Origin: Candidatus Sericytochromatia bacterium
GTDB taxonomy: Bacteria > Cyanobacteriota > Sericytochromatia > S15B-MN24 > JAQBPE01
Length of the DNA stretch: 64,000 nt
Assembly: GCA_035284865.1 (NCBI GenBank)
Contig: JAYKHL010000082.1
Span: 476 to 64,475, forward strand
Reading direction: 5' to 3'
Made by a program: the position numbers and the translations under genes
The notes under the pieces: generated by a model
The model's input: the letters and a program-made list of their open reading frames with translations, nothing else
What the model was told of the DNA's origin: nothing
Databases searched by the model: none
Part shown: positions 33,501 to 41,708 of the stretch, piece after piece
How the letters are laid out: every line of letters starts with the position of its first letter
Numbering within the stretch: the stretch's first letter is position 1

Positions 33501-34370
33501 CCGGAGGCGGCCCACGCGCTCCACGTGGCAGCCGCCCCGGTCAAGGCCTCCAACCGGGTGGACCTGGACGGCCGCCGGACCTACCTGCTGGGGGCGTGGG
33601 CCGCACGCACGGGCGATCGCGAGCGGGCCCGACAGGAGCTACGGGCCGTGCTGGCGCAGCCAAACCAGCTGCTGGTGGCGCAAGCCGCCTTGCGCCTCGG
33701 GCAGATCGCGCTGGACGCAGGCGCCCGCTCGGAGGCCGCCGGCTGGCTGGAACAGGGCCGGCGGACGGCGCTCGCCCTCGGGGCGGAGCGGCTGGCCATC
33801 GAGGTCGAGCGCGTGGAGCGCACGCTGCAGGGCCTGCACGCGGCGGACGACGACGCCCCGCCCGCCCTGGCGACGCGACTCGAGGCGCTGCTGACGGAGG
33901 CCTGCGCGCTGCTGCCACGCGTCACGGCGCCAGCGGAGGAGCTCGCCCGCCTGGGCCAGGCCCTGCGGGAAGCCCGCGCGTTGAACGTCCTGTGGCCGAG
34001 GCTGGTGGCGGCCAGCGAGGCCCAGGCCGTGGGCGTGGCGCTGGCCGGCTGCTGCTTCGAGTTGATCCCCGGCGCCACGCGCGCCTTCGTGCTGGACCAG
34101 GCCCTGGATCCCTACGCCGCCCTCGCGCGGGGCGCAGGGGCGATCCCGTTCGCGGTCGAGCTCGTGGATGCCGAGCTCTGTGCGCAGGCCATGGGCGAGC
34201 GGGAGATGCGCCTGCTCGGCACACAGGCGATCGCGGTGCCCCTGGCCGAAGGCCCGACGGCCCCCGTCTGGGGCGTGGTGGTGCTGCTTGGCGAGGCGCT
34301 GGCCCCATGTGAGGCCCTGGCGACGGCGGCAGCGGCCGGCGCGATGGTGCTGGCGCGGCTCGAGGATTGA
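30588..34370 (+). CDS. pseudokinase - STAND/AAA NTPase - TPR - C-terminal sensor-like domain protein
   Basis: The N-terminal Ser/Thr-kinase fold retains VVLK, the helix-C Glu, APE and DLYGVG, but has HAGLEPAH in place of HRDLKPxN and GYG in place of DFG. Walker A is APPGWGKTT and Walker B is LLVLLDDWDE. About 600 aa of TPR-like helices follow, then a ~150-aa C-terminal domain (weakly GAF-like). Confidence 0.85.
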   Translation: MAPSADRFTPVRPLGPYLLLVQDQDGAPVVLKRLADDRAGDLEARHDFRLEAWRVAQLRGPRLVRLYTDGSHLEERPFYTMGYAEGPPATLVQPAEVATCARQLLEALVALHRHGWVHAGLEPAHLRRTEAGLVLVGYGGLTPMGQPARRPGTVGYRAPEQEAGLPLDARADLYGVGALIHFWLTGELPGELDLLDLVSDPLAVLGRRLLASAPGDRLPDAATALAELDRQRGAPFKVQVKASMLVPPLQPRVVALDPVDQLLAALARGVGGVRRLEAPPGWGKTTVLGLAASAARRAGFPVVQLRGQGVYAWPLTPWREALRGLTQLAQERQPGLLERCRLRLAPLMAAPPKAAPDEEGRGLAGLDGPLGGELLRRRLGSALTELIGAVAPQGLLVLLDDWDEADEASREMLAHLVRRLAPAPVLWLVAGQPGRGGEAGWPVLEVPPFSAAEAQALARAMLPVPVAREAELETLAAAAAGQPWFVRTLVAHWRDAGEVRINGAHCDLPPPAEWPETVGSLAWRRGSALDGHAWAVGGAAALLTPVIRPTALEVLVPEPEAFAMGLDALLRAGILARVGGCYQFTHPDYATMYARALPPERQLDLQRTLVDAWQAGRLALDPLTATLHALRAERPDAAVPLALAAARSLLMLGGHETARQLLEEALVMLDAEHPLRGSYLATLGEAHRQADDLPAALTCLREARGRLPAGPERPAATLALARVLAMLSLHEEATGAWQEAAGHAQAMGDMDLLALALAGLTESHHALGRLEAAVESGEAALGAAAEAAQLPRALALSAFGSVLALGPRERQGEGVALLQQACALFEAEGDRPRLGQALLSLSDAEMARGELLFARNTIARALALTEELAEPSMAIQAAVQAAQVHFALGETEPARAHAKEARHRAEARQDVVATLEAQTLEGLIRSMRGDTEAGLALGSEALRRLPATATPAVVARIWLWQAETLLHLGMFPEAAHALHVAAAPVKASNRVDLDGRRTYLLGAWAARTGDRERARQELRAVLAQPNQLLVAQAALRLGQIALDAGARSEAAGWLEQGRRTALALGAERLAIEVERVERTLQGLHAADDDAPPALATRLEALLTEACALLPRVTAPAEELARLGQALREARALNVLWPRLVAASEAQAVGVALAGCCFELIPGATRAFVLDQALDPYAALARGAGAIPFAVELVDAELCAQAMGEREMRLLGTQAIAVPLAEGPTAPVWGVVVLLGEALAPCEALATAAAAGAMVLARLED

Positions 34371-34373
34371 GCC

Positions 34374-34796
34374 TCAGCGTTCGATGACGCCGACGATGGG
34401 CAGGCGGTAGCCCCGGCCGCCAAAGGCGGCCAGCGTGGCCCTCAGGCAGTGCCAGAGGAACCACAGCGAGGCGACGCCGGAGACCACCGTCATCACGATC
34501 GCGAAGGGCCAGCCGATCAGGATCAGGGCCCACAGGGCGTACGTGGCTCCCCAGAGCGGGGTGAGCACCACCGTTGCCAGAAGGTGGAAGAGCAGGGCCT
34601 GCAGGGCCTGACGCCCCACGAAGGGAGAGCCGCCGAGCGACCCTCCCAGCAACCAGATGACGACGGGGCCGAGCAGGGGCGCATACACCGGCGAGGCGTG
34701 CGCGGCGGCGGCGGCCAGCCGCTCCCAGCCCGCTGGGGGCAGCAGGACGCCGGGGACGTGGGTGGTGAGGGGGGCTGAGGAGGGCTCGTCGGTCAT
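34374..34796 (-). CDS. DUF4870-like small membrane protein
   Basis: It has three to four helices, and the C-terminal ...AFGGRGYRLPIVG resembles the DUF4870 tail motif. Its start overlaps the upstream stop (TGATG). Confidence 0.6.
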   Translation of the reverse strand: MTDEPSSAPLTTHVPGVLLPPAGWERLAAAAAHASPVYAPLLGPVVIWLLGGSLGGSPFVGRQALQALLFHLLATVVLTPLWGATYALWALILIGWPFAIVMTVVSGVASLWFLWHCLRATLAAFGGRGYRLPIVGVIER

Positions 34797-35671
34797 CAGA
34801 AATACAGCGACTCGGGGATGCGAAGCAGGTGGTTGTAGTCCCGAAGGTACTGCGTCGGGATCTTGAGGTAGTCGTGGATGGTCCCGTTGGGGGCAATCTG
34901 CACCATCCAGCCTCCCCCCGCGATGCCCTTCACCACGGGCAGTTGCTCGTTGAGATCGACGAAGGGTGAGGTTCGGTGCTCGCGCTTGGCCTGGCCAGGG
35001 TTGTATTGCTTCGAGATCCAGACATAGTAAACCACGTCGAACTTGTTCTGCGCGATCAGCAACGACTGCTGCATGTAGTCGTTGAAGGTGGCCGTCTCAT
35101 CAGGGGGCAGCGTCTTCTTCCACCACGCGTAGTGCTCACGCGGGTCGATGCGCCTGTCCCAGCCACCGGGCGACCCTGGCGCGTTGATCGGATAGGCAAA
35201 GAGGCAGGCCTGAAGGTCCTTGATCATCCGGGCGCGCGTCCCGTTGTACCCGAAGTTCTGCAGCAGCACCAGCAGCGCGTCGACCTCGTCCGGCTCGGGC
35301 GGCGGAGCGGGGGGCTGCGGCGGCGCGGTGGGGGTGGGGCGCGGCAGCGGGCGCAGCCCTCCGGCCGTGGGCGGCGCGATGGGCTGGGGGGCCGGAGCCG
35401 CACCAGGCTCCCCCCCTGACGGCTCTTCCTCGAGGCCCCGCGCGGCCGTCCCCGGCAGCGGGGCACGCAAGCTGCGGACCGGGGGCCGAGCCTGGAAGCG
35501 CACGGCGTAACCGGGACGCGCGGCCGCCTCGACCCGCGCCGGACCGGCCAGGCCGCGTGAGGACTGGCCGCAGCCGGTGCCCAGCAACGTGGCGACGAGC
35601 GCGGCCACGGCGCCGAGGCTGGTCAGGCGCCGAACCGGGGAGGGCGTGGGGAAGGTCTTTTTAAACAACAC
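34796..35671 (-). CDS. lipoprotein, Pro-rich linker + ~170-aa C-terminal domain (hypothetical; paralog of the 37878 gene product)
   Basis: The start is GTG with AAGGAAA upstream. ...AALVATLLGTGC has a lipobox. It shares the LRPLPRPTPT and LLVLLQNFGY.. blocks with the 37878..38690 product. The C-terminal domain is Tyr/Trp/Asn/Lys-rich and less GC-rich. Confidence 0.7.
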   Translation of the reverse strand: MLFKKTFPTPSPVRRLTSLGAVAALVATLLGTGCGQSSRGLAGPARVEAAARPGYAVRFQARPPVRSLRAPLPGTAARGLEEEPSGGEPGAAPAPQPIAPPTAGGLRPLPRPTPTAPPQPPAPPPEPDEVDALLVLLQNFGYNGTRARMIKDLQACLFAYPINAPGSPGGWDRRIDPREHYAWWKKTLPPDETATFNDYMQQSLLIAQNKFDVVYYVWISKQYNPGQAKREHRTSPFVDLNEQLPVVKGIAGGGWMVQIAPNGTIHDYLKIPTQYLRDYNHLLRIPESLYF

Positions 35672-35941
35672 GAGTGGTTTCCTTTATCTGATTTTAACTT
35701 CTTATCGCGTCCAAGGTCCACAGACTTGCCAGAGCACCAATCAATTCTTCACCCGGCGGCCGGCTCGTTCGGACGCCCAGGGACGTCGTCACGCCTCGGT
35801 CACGTGCCTCCGGCAAAGCGCGAGGTGGGAGCAGGCTGGGGGGCATGTGACCAGGGCCCCACGACGTCCCCAGGCGTCAGCCGGGCGAGGCCGGGGCTGG
35901 TGCCCGGCGCGCGGGCCGCGTCCGCCACCCACCATGGCCGG

Positions 35942-36946
35942 TCACGGCGTTGCTGTCAGAGCTCGTCCCCCCGTGAAGTCCAGGCGGAACGGGCCGCTCC
36001 CCGAGGGCGGTTCGAGGCGCTCGACGAAGGTGACGGGCCGGTGCCCGAGCTTGCTGGCCGTGAACCGGATCCGGATCCCGGTGGGGCAGAGGAACTCGGC
36101 ATGGCCGTGGCGAGCCACGCGCGTCGTGGAGAACGGGAAGCGCACGGCCTCGCTCTCGGCCCGCACGATCGCCTCGTCGACGGCATCCCCTGCCCCGTTG
36201 GTGACGAGGGCGTCGACCTTCACCATCGGCGGCCCACCGGGCTCCGCCCCCTGGGGGCGCTCGGGTGTCAGGGCGTGGACGCCCGTGAAGTCCAGGCGCC
36301 ACTCCCCGTCCGGACGGACAACCCGCGTCACGGCCCGGTGGCCCTCGGCGATCGCGGTGATCTTCACGGGTTGCCGCCTCGGCAGCCCCGGAAAGCGAAA
36401 CTCCCCGACCGCCGTGGTGCGTGCCTCCGCCAGCGGCAGCCCCCAGGTGGACTCCACCAGCACGAGGGCCCCGCCGAGGCGTCCTCCCCGCCCGTCCGTG
36501 ACCTTGCCATAAACGGTCGCACCGGGGGTGGCAGAGGGGGAGGCGGCAGGGGAGGGCCCTGGCGCGGCCACCGGGGGGGCAGAGGGAGAGGGGCTGGGGC
36601 TCCCCCCGTCGGGCCGCGGCCGGAGCCCGACGGTGCGGGCCAGCGTCGCGCCCGGTGCCAGCATGATGCCCGACACCGAGGGCTCGAACGCGCCATGCGT
36701 CACCGTCAGCTCGTAGGTGCCAGGCCGCAGCCCGACCCGGGCGGTGCCGCCGCCCGTCGTCCGGAGCACCTGCCAGTCGACCTCCACGATGGCCCCCGCA
36801 ACAGCCTGGCCAGAGCGGGCATCGATCACGCGGACGATCAGCTCCGCGCCGGGGCCCAACGAGCCGCAGCCGGCCCCGCTGCCCCCGGCCACGACCAGGG
36901 GCATCAACGACAGCAAGGCGGCGCGGCGGGCGGTCATGGCAAGCAC
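35942..36946 (-). CDS. lipoprotein with three carboxypeptidase-regulatory-like (CarboxypepD_reg) beta-sandwich repeats
   Basis: There are three repeats of the V.V.D...G..V.GA.V.V type (VRVIDARSGQAVAGAIVEV, VYGKVTDGRGGRLGGALVLVES, VKVDALVTNGAGDAVDEAIVRAES). A signal peptide ends in GSGAGC. Confidence 0.7.
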   Translation of the reverse strand: MLAMTARRAALLSLMPLVVAGGSGAGCGSLGPGAELIVRVIDARSGQAVAGAIVEVDWQVLRTTGGGTARVGLRPGTYELTVTHGAFEPSVSGIMLAPGATLARTVGLRPRPDGGSPSPSPSAPPVAAPGPSPAASPSATPGATVYGKVTDGRGGRLGGALVLVESTWGLPLAEARTTAVGEFRFPGLPRRQPVKITAIAEGHRAVTRVVRPDGEWRLDFTGVHALTPERPQGAEPGGPPMVKVDALVTNGAGDAVDEAIVRAESEAVRFPFSTTRVARHGHAEFLCPTGIRIRFTASKLGHRPVTFVERLEPPSGSGPFRLDFTGGRALTATP

Positions 36947-36951
36947 CCCGC

Positions 36952-37872
36952 TCAGGGCCAGCGCTTCTGGAGCGTCACGTCATCCACCACCGCCTGCGCA
37001 CAGATGCCCTTGGCGACCTCTGCCCCGAAGGCGAGGGCCGTCACGCCCAGCAGATCGGTGTTGGGCAACGCCCGACCAGCGGCATCCAGGGCAAACTGGC
37101 GCGGCGGCACGGCGCGGGCCTGCTCACAGCCGACCGGCTCGGTCAGGGCCCCCAGCGCGAGGTCCCCGAGCGGGGTGCCCTCGGCGTAGGCCCAGCGCAC
37201 ATCAGCCGCCAGATCGCGCTCCACGGAGGCCAGGCCGATCTTGTTCAGGGCAGCCTCACTGCAGGACTGCCCGAGCCCGACCCCCTGCGCCACCACGATC
37301 AGCCGGAGCGGCAGGGCCCCCTCGCCGGCCCCGATCTGGCTGGCGAGGACCGTGCCCGGGCAGTGGCGTGTGCTCCAGACGTAGCCAATGCCCTTGCGAC
37401 CAAGCCGCTTCGACTCGACGACGAGCACCACCTCGGCGAGCAAGGACGGGTCGAGCGCGGCCACCGCGTTCACGCCCCAGCGGAAGCGGAGGGTGGCCTG
37501 CTCCGCCAGCTCGGTCCGCTCGCCGACCTCCCGGCTCAGGGCGCCTGCCTCGGCCACGTCGCCGGTGATCAGGAAGCCCTTGCGCGGGCGCGGCCGGTTG
37601 GCGCCCAGGATCTCCAGCACGGTCGAGGTGCCAGCGCTCGGCTTGACGGGGGTGAACTCCAGCGGCTCAAAGAAGGGGTGGCCGACAGGGCTGAGGTTGT
37701 CGTACTGGTTGTCGACGGTGTCGAAGTCCTCGAGCACCGTGGGGGGCTCCCACGCCCCGCGAGCGGCGAGGAACCCCGGAAGCCGGCTGGGGGCGGACCC
37801 GCCCGGGGCGGCAGCACAGGCGGTCGCCAGCGCGGCAAGGGAGATGGCCAGCAAGGGCAGCAAGCGAGGCAT
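36952..37872 (-). CDS. secreted/lipoprotein (hypothetical)
   Basis: MPRLLPLLAISLAALATAC is a signal peptide. The ORF has good GC3 bias and lies 5 nt from each neighbouring gene. I recognise no family with confidence. Confidence 0.65.
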   Translation of the reverse strand: MPRLLPLLAISLAALATACAAAPGGSAPSRLPGFLAARGAWEPPTVLEDFDTVDNQYDNLSPVGHPFFEPLEFTPVKPSAGTSTVLEILGANRPRPRKGFLITGDVAEAGALSREVGERTELAEQATLRFRWGVNAVAALDPSLLAEVVLVVESKRLGRKGIGYVWSTRHCPGTVLASQIGAGEGALPLRLIVVAQGVGLGQSCSEAALNKIGLASVERDLAADVRWAYAEGTPLGDLALGALTEPVGCEQARAVPPRQFALDAAGRALPNTDLLGVTALAFGAEVAKGICAQAVVDDVTLQKRWP

Positions 37873-37877
37873 CGGGG

Positions 37878-38690
37878 CTACCGCCAGACGGAGGCGGGCA
37901 CGGGCAGGAAGTTGCGCCAGTCCACCACCCGGAAGTAGCCGTAGTCATCGAGCTGGCCATCCGCGCGGTAGGACACGAACAGCGGGGAGCCCTCGAGGCG
38001 CTTGTAGAACACCAGCTCGGCGTCGGTGCCGGTGTCGTTGTAGCGATCCCGCAGGATGTCCCGATAGAGTGAGCGCCGGGCCACGTAGTAGCGGATGCCG
38101 GCGCTGCGTCGGGCCAGCGCGAGCCCCTCTGCCTTCCACTGGTCATAGGAGATTGGCTGCGGGAAGTCTCGCACCCGCTGGCCGTAGGTCAGGCCGAGCG
38201 TGGGGCTGGCCGCCCAGCGGAACCGTTCCTGCGGGACCCGGTGCACCACGGCAAGCTGCATGCGGAGGTTCTGGGCGTCCCGCGCCCCCGGGTCGTACCC
38301 GAACTGCCCGAGAAGATCGAGGAAGGCCGCCATGTCGGCGGCCGGGTCCGCTGCCGCCGGGGCCGCCGGCCGCCGGGCCGCCGGCGTGGCCGTGGGCCTC
38401 GGCAGGGGCCGAAGCGCGGGCCGACCGGGGGCCGGCTGGCCAGGCGCCACGGGCGTCACGGGGGTCGGCGCGGGGACGTAGCCCCCAGGAACGCCGGGGG
38501 GCATCGGGTATGATGGGTCCTCGTAGCCGGGCTCGTCCGGCTCCAGCCCGGGCAGCTCCGCCCCCGGGGGAGGCTCCTCCGGCGCGAGGGGGTTGACGGC
38601 CTGACGTCCACAGCCGCTGAGCGCCACGCTGGAGGCCACCACGGCAGCGGCAGCGAGGGCGAGGGGGCGGCGCAGGGGCGGGCGAGGCAT
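37878..38690 (-). CDS. lipoprotein (hypothetical; paralog of the 34796 gene product)
   Basis: ...AAAVVASSVALSGC has a lipobox. After a Pro-rich linker containing LRPLPRPTAT, a C-terminal domain starts with FLDLLGQFGYDPGARD. Confidence 0.7.
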   Translation of the reverse strand: MPRPPLRRPLALAAAAVVASSVALSGCGRQAVNPLAPEEPPPGAELPGLEPDEPGYEDPSYPMPPGVPGGYVPAPTPVTPVAPGQPAPGRPALRPLPRPTATPAARRPAAPAAADPAADMAAFLDLLGQFGYDPGARDAQNLRMQLAVVHRVPQERFRWAASPTLGLTYGQRVRDFPQPISYDQWKAEGLALARRSAGIRYYVARRSLYRDILRDRYNDTGTDAELVFYKRLEGSPLFVSYRADGQLDDYGYFRVVDWRNFLPVPASVWR

Positions 38691-38793
38691 GCGGTTCTCC
38701 GGACGAGGGTTCGCCGTGATTATCGGGGGCTGAAATTGAAAACTTACCTAAGGTTCCATTAAAAAATGGCAATTCCAACCACCACCTCCCGCC

Positions 38794-39630
38794 ATGCCCG
38801 AGTTGCCTGAGGTCGAGACGGCCGCGCGTGACCTGACGGCCCAGGCTGCCGGGGCCTGCATCGTGGCCGTCGAGCACCTCGACTGGCCCCGGCTGATCGA
38901 GCCCCCCGGCCCCGAGGCCTTCAGGGCCGCCGTGACCGGACGCCGGATCACGCACGTCGGCCGCCGCGCCAAGTGGCTGCTGATGAGCCTGGCGGACAGC
39001 CTCATGGTCGGCATCCACCTGCGGATGTCGGGCAGCATCTTCGTGGCAGAGGCCCGAGCCCCTCGGGACAGCCACACGAGGCTCGTGTTGCGTCTTGACG
39101 ACGGGCGTGCCCTGGTGCTGCGGGACGTCCGCAAGTTCGGGCGCGTCCGGCTGCTGGACGCGCCCAGCCTCGCCGCCCTCGAGGCGACGCTCGGGCCAGA
39201 GCCCCTCGCGGGGAGCTTCACCGCGCCATGGCTCGCGCAGGCCTTGCGTCGACGCACCACCCGGCTCAAGCCGCTGCTGCTCGACCAGGCCTTCCTCGCC
39301 GGGCTCGGCAACATCTACGTCGACGAGGCCCTCTGGCGAGCCCGGATCCACCCGGAGCGAGCGGCCGACACGCTGACGGCGGCAGAGGTGGGCCGCCTGC
39401 ACGAGGCCATCCAGGCCGTGTTGACGGCGGCGATCGCGCGACGCGGCAGCACCCTGCGCGACTACCGCACGGGCACGGGTGAGGTCGGCGGCAACCAGGC
39501 CCACTTCCAAGCCTACGGCCGAACGGGAGAGCCCTGTCCGCGATGCGGCACCCCGATCGCCCGGCTCGTCGTCGGGCAGCGTGGCACCCACCTCTGTCTG
39601 CGATGCCAGCCCCGACGGGGCTCCCGCTGA
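38794..39630 (+). CDS. mutM: formamidopyrimidine-DNA glycosylase
   Basis: MPELPEVETAARDL is the catalytic Pro2/Glu3 N-terminus. The H2TH region is LLDQAFLAGLGNIYVDEALW. The C-terminal zinc finger is CPRCGTPI...CLRCQ. Confidence 0.9.
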   Translation: MPELPEVETAARDLTAQAAGACIVAVEHLDWPRLIEPPGPEAFRAAVTGRRITHVGRRAKWLLMSLADSLMVGIHLRMSGSIFVAEARAPRDSHTRLVLRLDDGRALVLRDVRKFGRVRLLDAPSLAALEATLGPEPLAGSFTAPWLAQALRRRTTRLKPLLLDQAFLAGLGNIYVDEALWRARIHPERAADTLTAAEVGRLHEAIQAVLTAAIARRGSTLRDYRTGTGEVGGNQAHFQAYGRTGEPCPRCGTPIARLVVGQRGTHLCLRCQPRRGSR

Positions 39631-39797
39631 GGGCAGGCCGGCCCGATGGAGCCACACCGTTCAAGGCCCGGACCCGGGGGGATGGCGTCGGGCCGTCACC
39701 CGACGTGGGACCACGCGCGCGGGGGTATGGCCGAGGCGTGACGACGTCCCCGAACGTCAGCCCCAGCCAGCCGCCGGGCGAAGACTTGATTGGTGAT

Positions 39798-40349
39798 CTA
39801 GATCTGCACGCCCGGGATCTCCCGGAAGAACGTCATGCGCCCGAGGCGGACCTTGGTGGCGTGATCCGCATAGGGAGGCAACCGGCCACTGGAGTCCCGG
39901 AAGAAGATGAGGTGGCTGCCCACGGCGGCCTCCCCCCGGATGGCCCGGTCCACCGCCGCCGCGATGCCGTTCACGCGCTCGATGTTGCCGAGGTTCATCG
40001 AGAAGTAAACCCGGTTGTGATCGTAGTTCGAGCTCAGGTAGCTTGACCGGATCAGGCTGGGGATCGGGTGGCCGGTGCGACGGCTGTAGTTGATGATGGT
40101 CCGAGCCACCGCCGCCCAGACCTCGGGGCGCTCCCCCCGAGCCTCGGCCGCCACCGCCCGGATCAGGGCCTCGCGCTCCCGGGGACCGATGCCACCGCTC
40201 CCACCGACCGGGTCCACCCCCCCGAGCGAGAGCCCATCGGTGCCGAAGGCTGGCACTGGCAGGGAGGGAGCAGCAGCCCCGGCCCCGCCGAGCCCCGGGC
40301 GTCCCACCGGCTTGCGTAGATCGGCAGGAAGGGCGTCAGTTGACGTCAC
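39798..40349 (-). CDS. cell-wall hydrolase-like protein (SleB/CwlJ Hydrolase_2 family, weak call)
   Basis: I prefer the GTG 40349 start (GAGGAGG 9 nt upstream) over the track start at 40400. LIRAVAAEARGERPEVWAAVARTIINY ... VRLGRMTFF resembles the Hydrolase_2 pattern. There is no signal peptide. Confidence 0.5.
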   Translation of the reverse strand: MTSTDALPADLRKPVGRPGLGGAGAAAPSLPVPAFGTDGLSLGGVDPVGGSGGIGPREREALIRAVAAEARGERPEVWAAVARTIINYSRRTGHPIPSLIRSSYLSSNYDHNRVYFSMNLGNIERVNGIAAAVDRAIRGEAAVGSHLIFFRDSSGRLPPYADHATKVRLGRMTFFREIPGVQI

Positions 40350-40484
40350 GGAGTTGCTCCTCCTCGGGCACGGGCCAGCGGGGCCCACCGGCACATCCAC
40401 CAGGGATGTCGCCGACCAGGCGGCCCGTCTTGCGGGGCTTAACGCCAGGAATACCCAATTTTTACCTTGTCCTCGCGGCCAGGT

Positions 40485-41708
40485 TCAGGCCTCGCAGCGA
40501 GGCCGGCCGACGGCACCAGCCAGCCAGCCGGCCAGGCGCTCGTACTGGGCCGGGTGGTTGTAGGCGAAGGCAGAGACCCGCACCAGACGTCCGGTGCCTG
40601 CCGGGTGGGGAAAAAGGGGCAGCTCGAAGCCTGCATCGAGCAGGCGGGCCTGCAGCCCCACGGGCACGGGTGGCCCGGGGGGGGGCGCCTCTTCCCCCGG
40701 GGGGAGGGGCAGCGAGGCCATCGCGGGCAGCATCTCCTCAGGCACCGGCCGGTCCACCCCGAGGGCCTCCGCCAGCAGGCCCTGAGCCAGGCTGGCCAGG
40801 GCCCTGTTGCGCGCCATCAGGGCCGGCCAGCCCCCCTCGAGCAGGCCCCCGAGGCACGCGATGGCTGCCGGCACAGCCAGCACCGCCGTCGGATCGAGGG
40901 TCCCCACCCAGTCGAAGGTGAGCTGGAAGGCGGCCCGATCGTCTCGGGGGTTATAGAAGCCATGGCTCGTCACGAGTGGCGCCACGCGGGCGCGCCGATC
41001 GGCCCGCACGTGCAGGAAGGCGGCCCCCTTCGGCGCGCCGAGCCACTTGTGGCAGTTGCCCGTGTAGTAGGCGGCCCCCAGGCGGCGAAGGTTCAGCGCC
41101 ACCTGGCCTGGCGCGTGCGCGCCGTCGACCAGCGTGTCCACGCCCCGCCGCGCCAGCGCCTTCACCAGGGCCTCGATGGGGTACACCACGGCCGTGGGGC
41201 TGGTGATGTGGTCGAGCACGGCGAGGCGCGTGCGGGGGCCCGTGGCGGCCAGCACCGGGCCGATGACGTCCCCGGGGCCCGCCAGGGGAAAGGGCACCTC
41301 CGCCTCCACCACCCGCGCCCCCGTGCGCTCGGCCGTGCGGCGGAGGGCCTTCCGCACCGCGGGGTAGGCCTGGGTGGTCGTGAGCAGCTCGTCCCCCGGC
41401 CGCAACGGGAGCCCGGCCAGCACGGTGGCGACGCCCGTGGTGGCGTTGGGCACGAACGCCAGCCCGGCAGGGTCGGCCCCCAGGAAAGCCGCGAGCGCCT
41501 CGCGCACCTCGTCGAGCAGCCCCTCGAGCTCCCGCGCCAGGAAGCGCACGGGCTGGGCTTCCATGCGCTCGCGCCAGGCCTGCTGGGCGGCAAGCACCGG
41601 CCGCGGGCAGGCCCCGAACGAGCCGTGGTTCAGGAAGTCGAGCCCGGGTTCCAGCAGCCAGGTGCCTGCCCCGACCGCGGCCAGGCCGGCCACGGGCTCA
41701 GGGGGCAT
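40485..41708 (-). CDS. class V aminotransferase (cysteine desulfurase / isopenicillin-N epimerase-like)
   Basis: The start is an internal ATG 41708, which overlaps the rocD stop by 11 nt. [13 protein letters not shown] and [10 protein letters not shown] are present, and [12 protein letters not shown] contains the PLP lysine. Confidence 0.8.
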   Translation of the reverse strand: MPPEPVAGLAAVGAGTWLLEPGLDFLNHGSFGACPRPVLAAQQAWRERMEAQPVRFLARELEGLLDEVREALAAFLGADPAGLAFVPNATTGVATVLAGLPLRPGDELLTTTQAYPAVRKALRRTAERTGARVVEAEVPFPLAGPGDVIGPVLAATGPRTRLAVLDHITSPTAVVYPIEALVKALARRGVDTLVDGAHAPGQVALNLRRLGAAYYTGNCHKWLGAPKGAAFLHVRADRRARVAPLVTSHGFYNPRDDRAAFQLTFDWVGTLDPTAVLAVPAAIACLGGLLEGGWPALMARNRALASLAQGLLAEALGVDRPVPEEMLPAMASLPLPPGEEAPPPGPPVPVGLQARLLDAGFELPLFPHPAGTGRLVRVSAFAYNHPAQYERLAGWLAGAVGRPRCEA

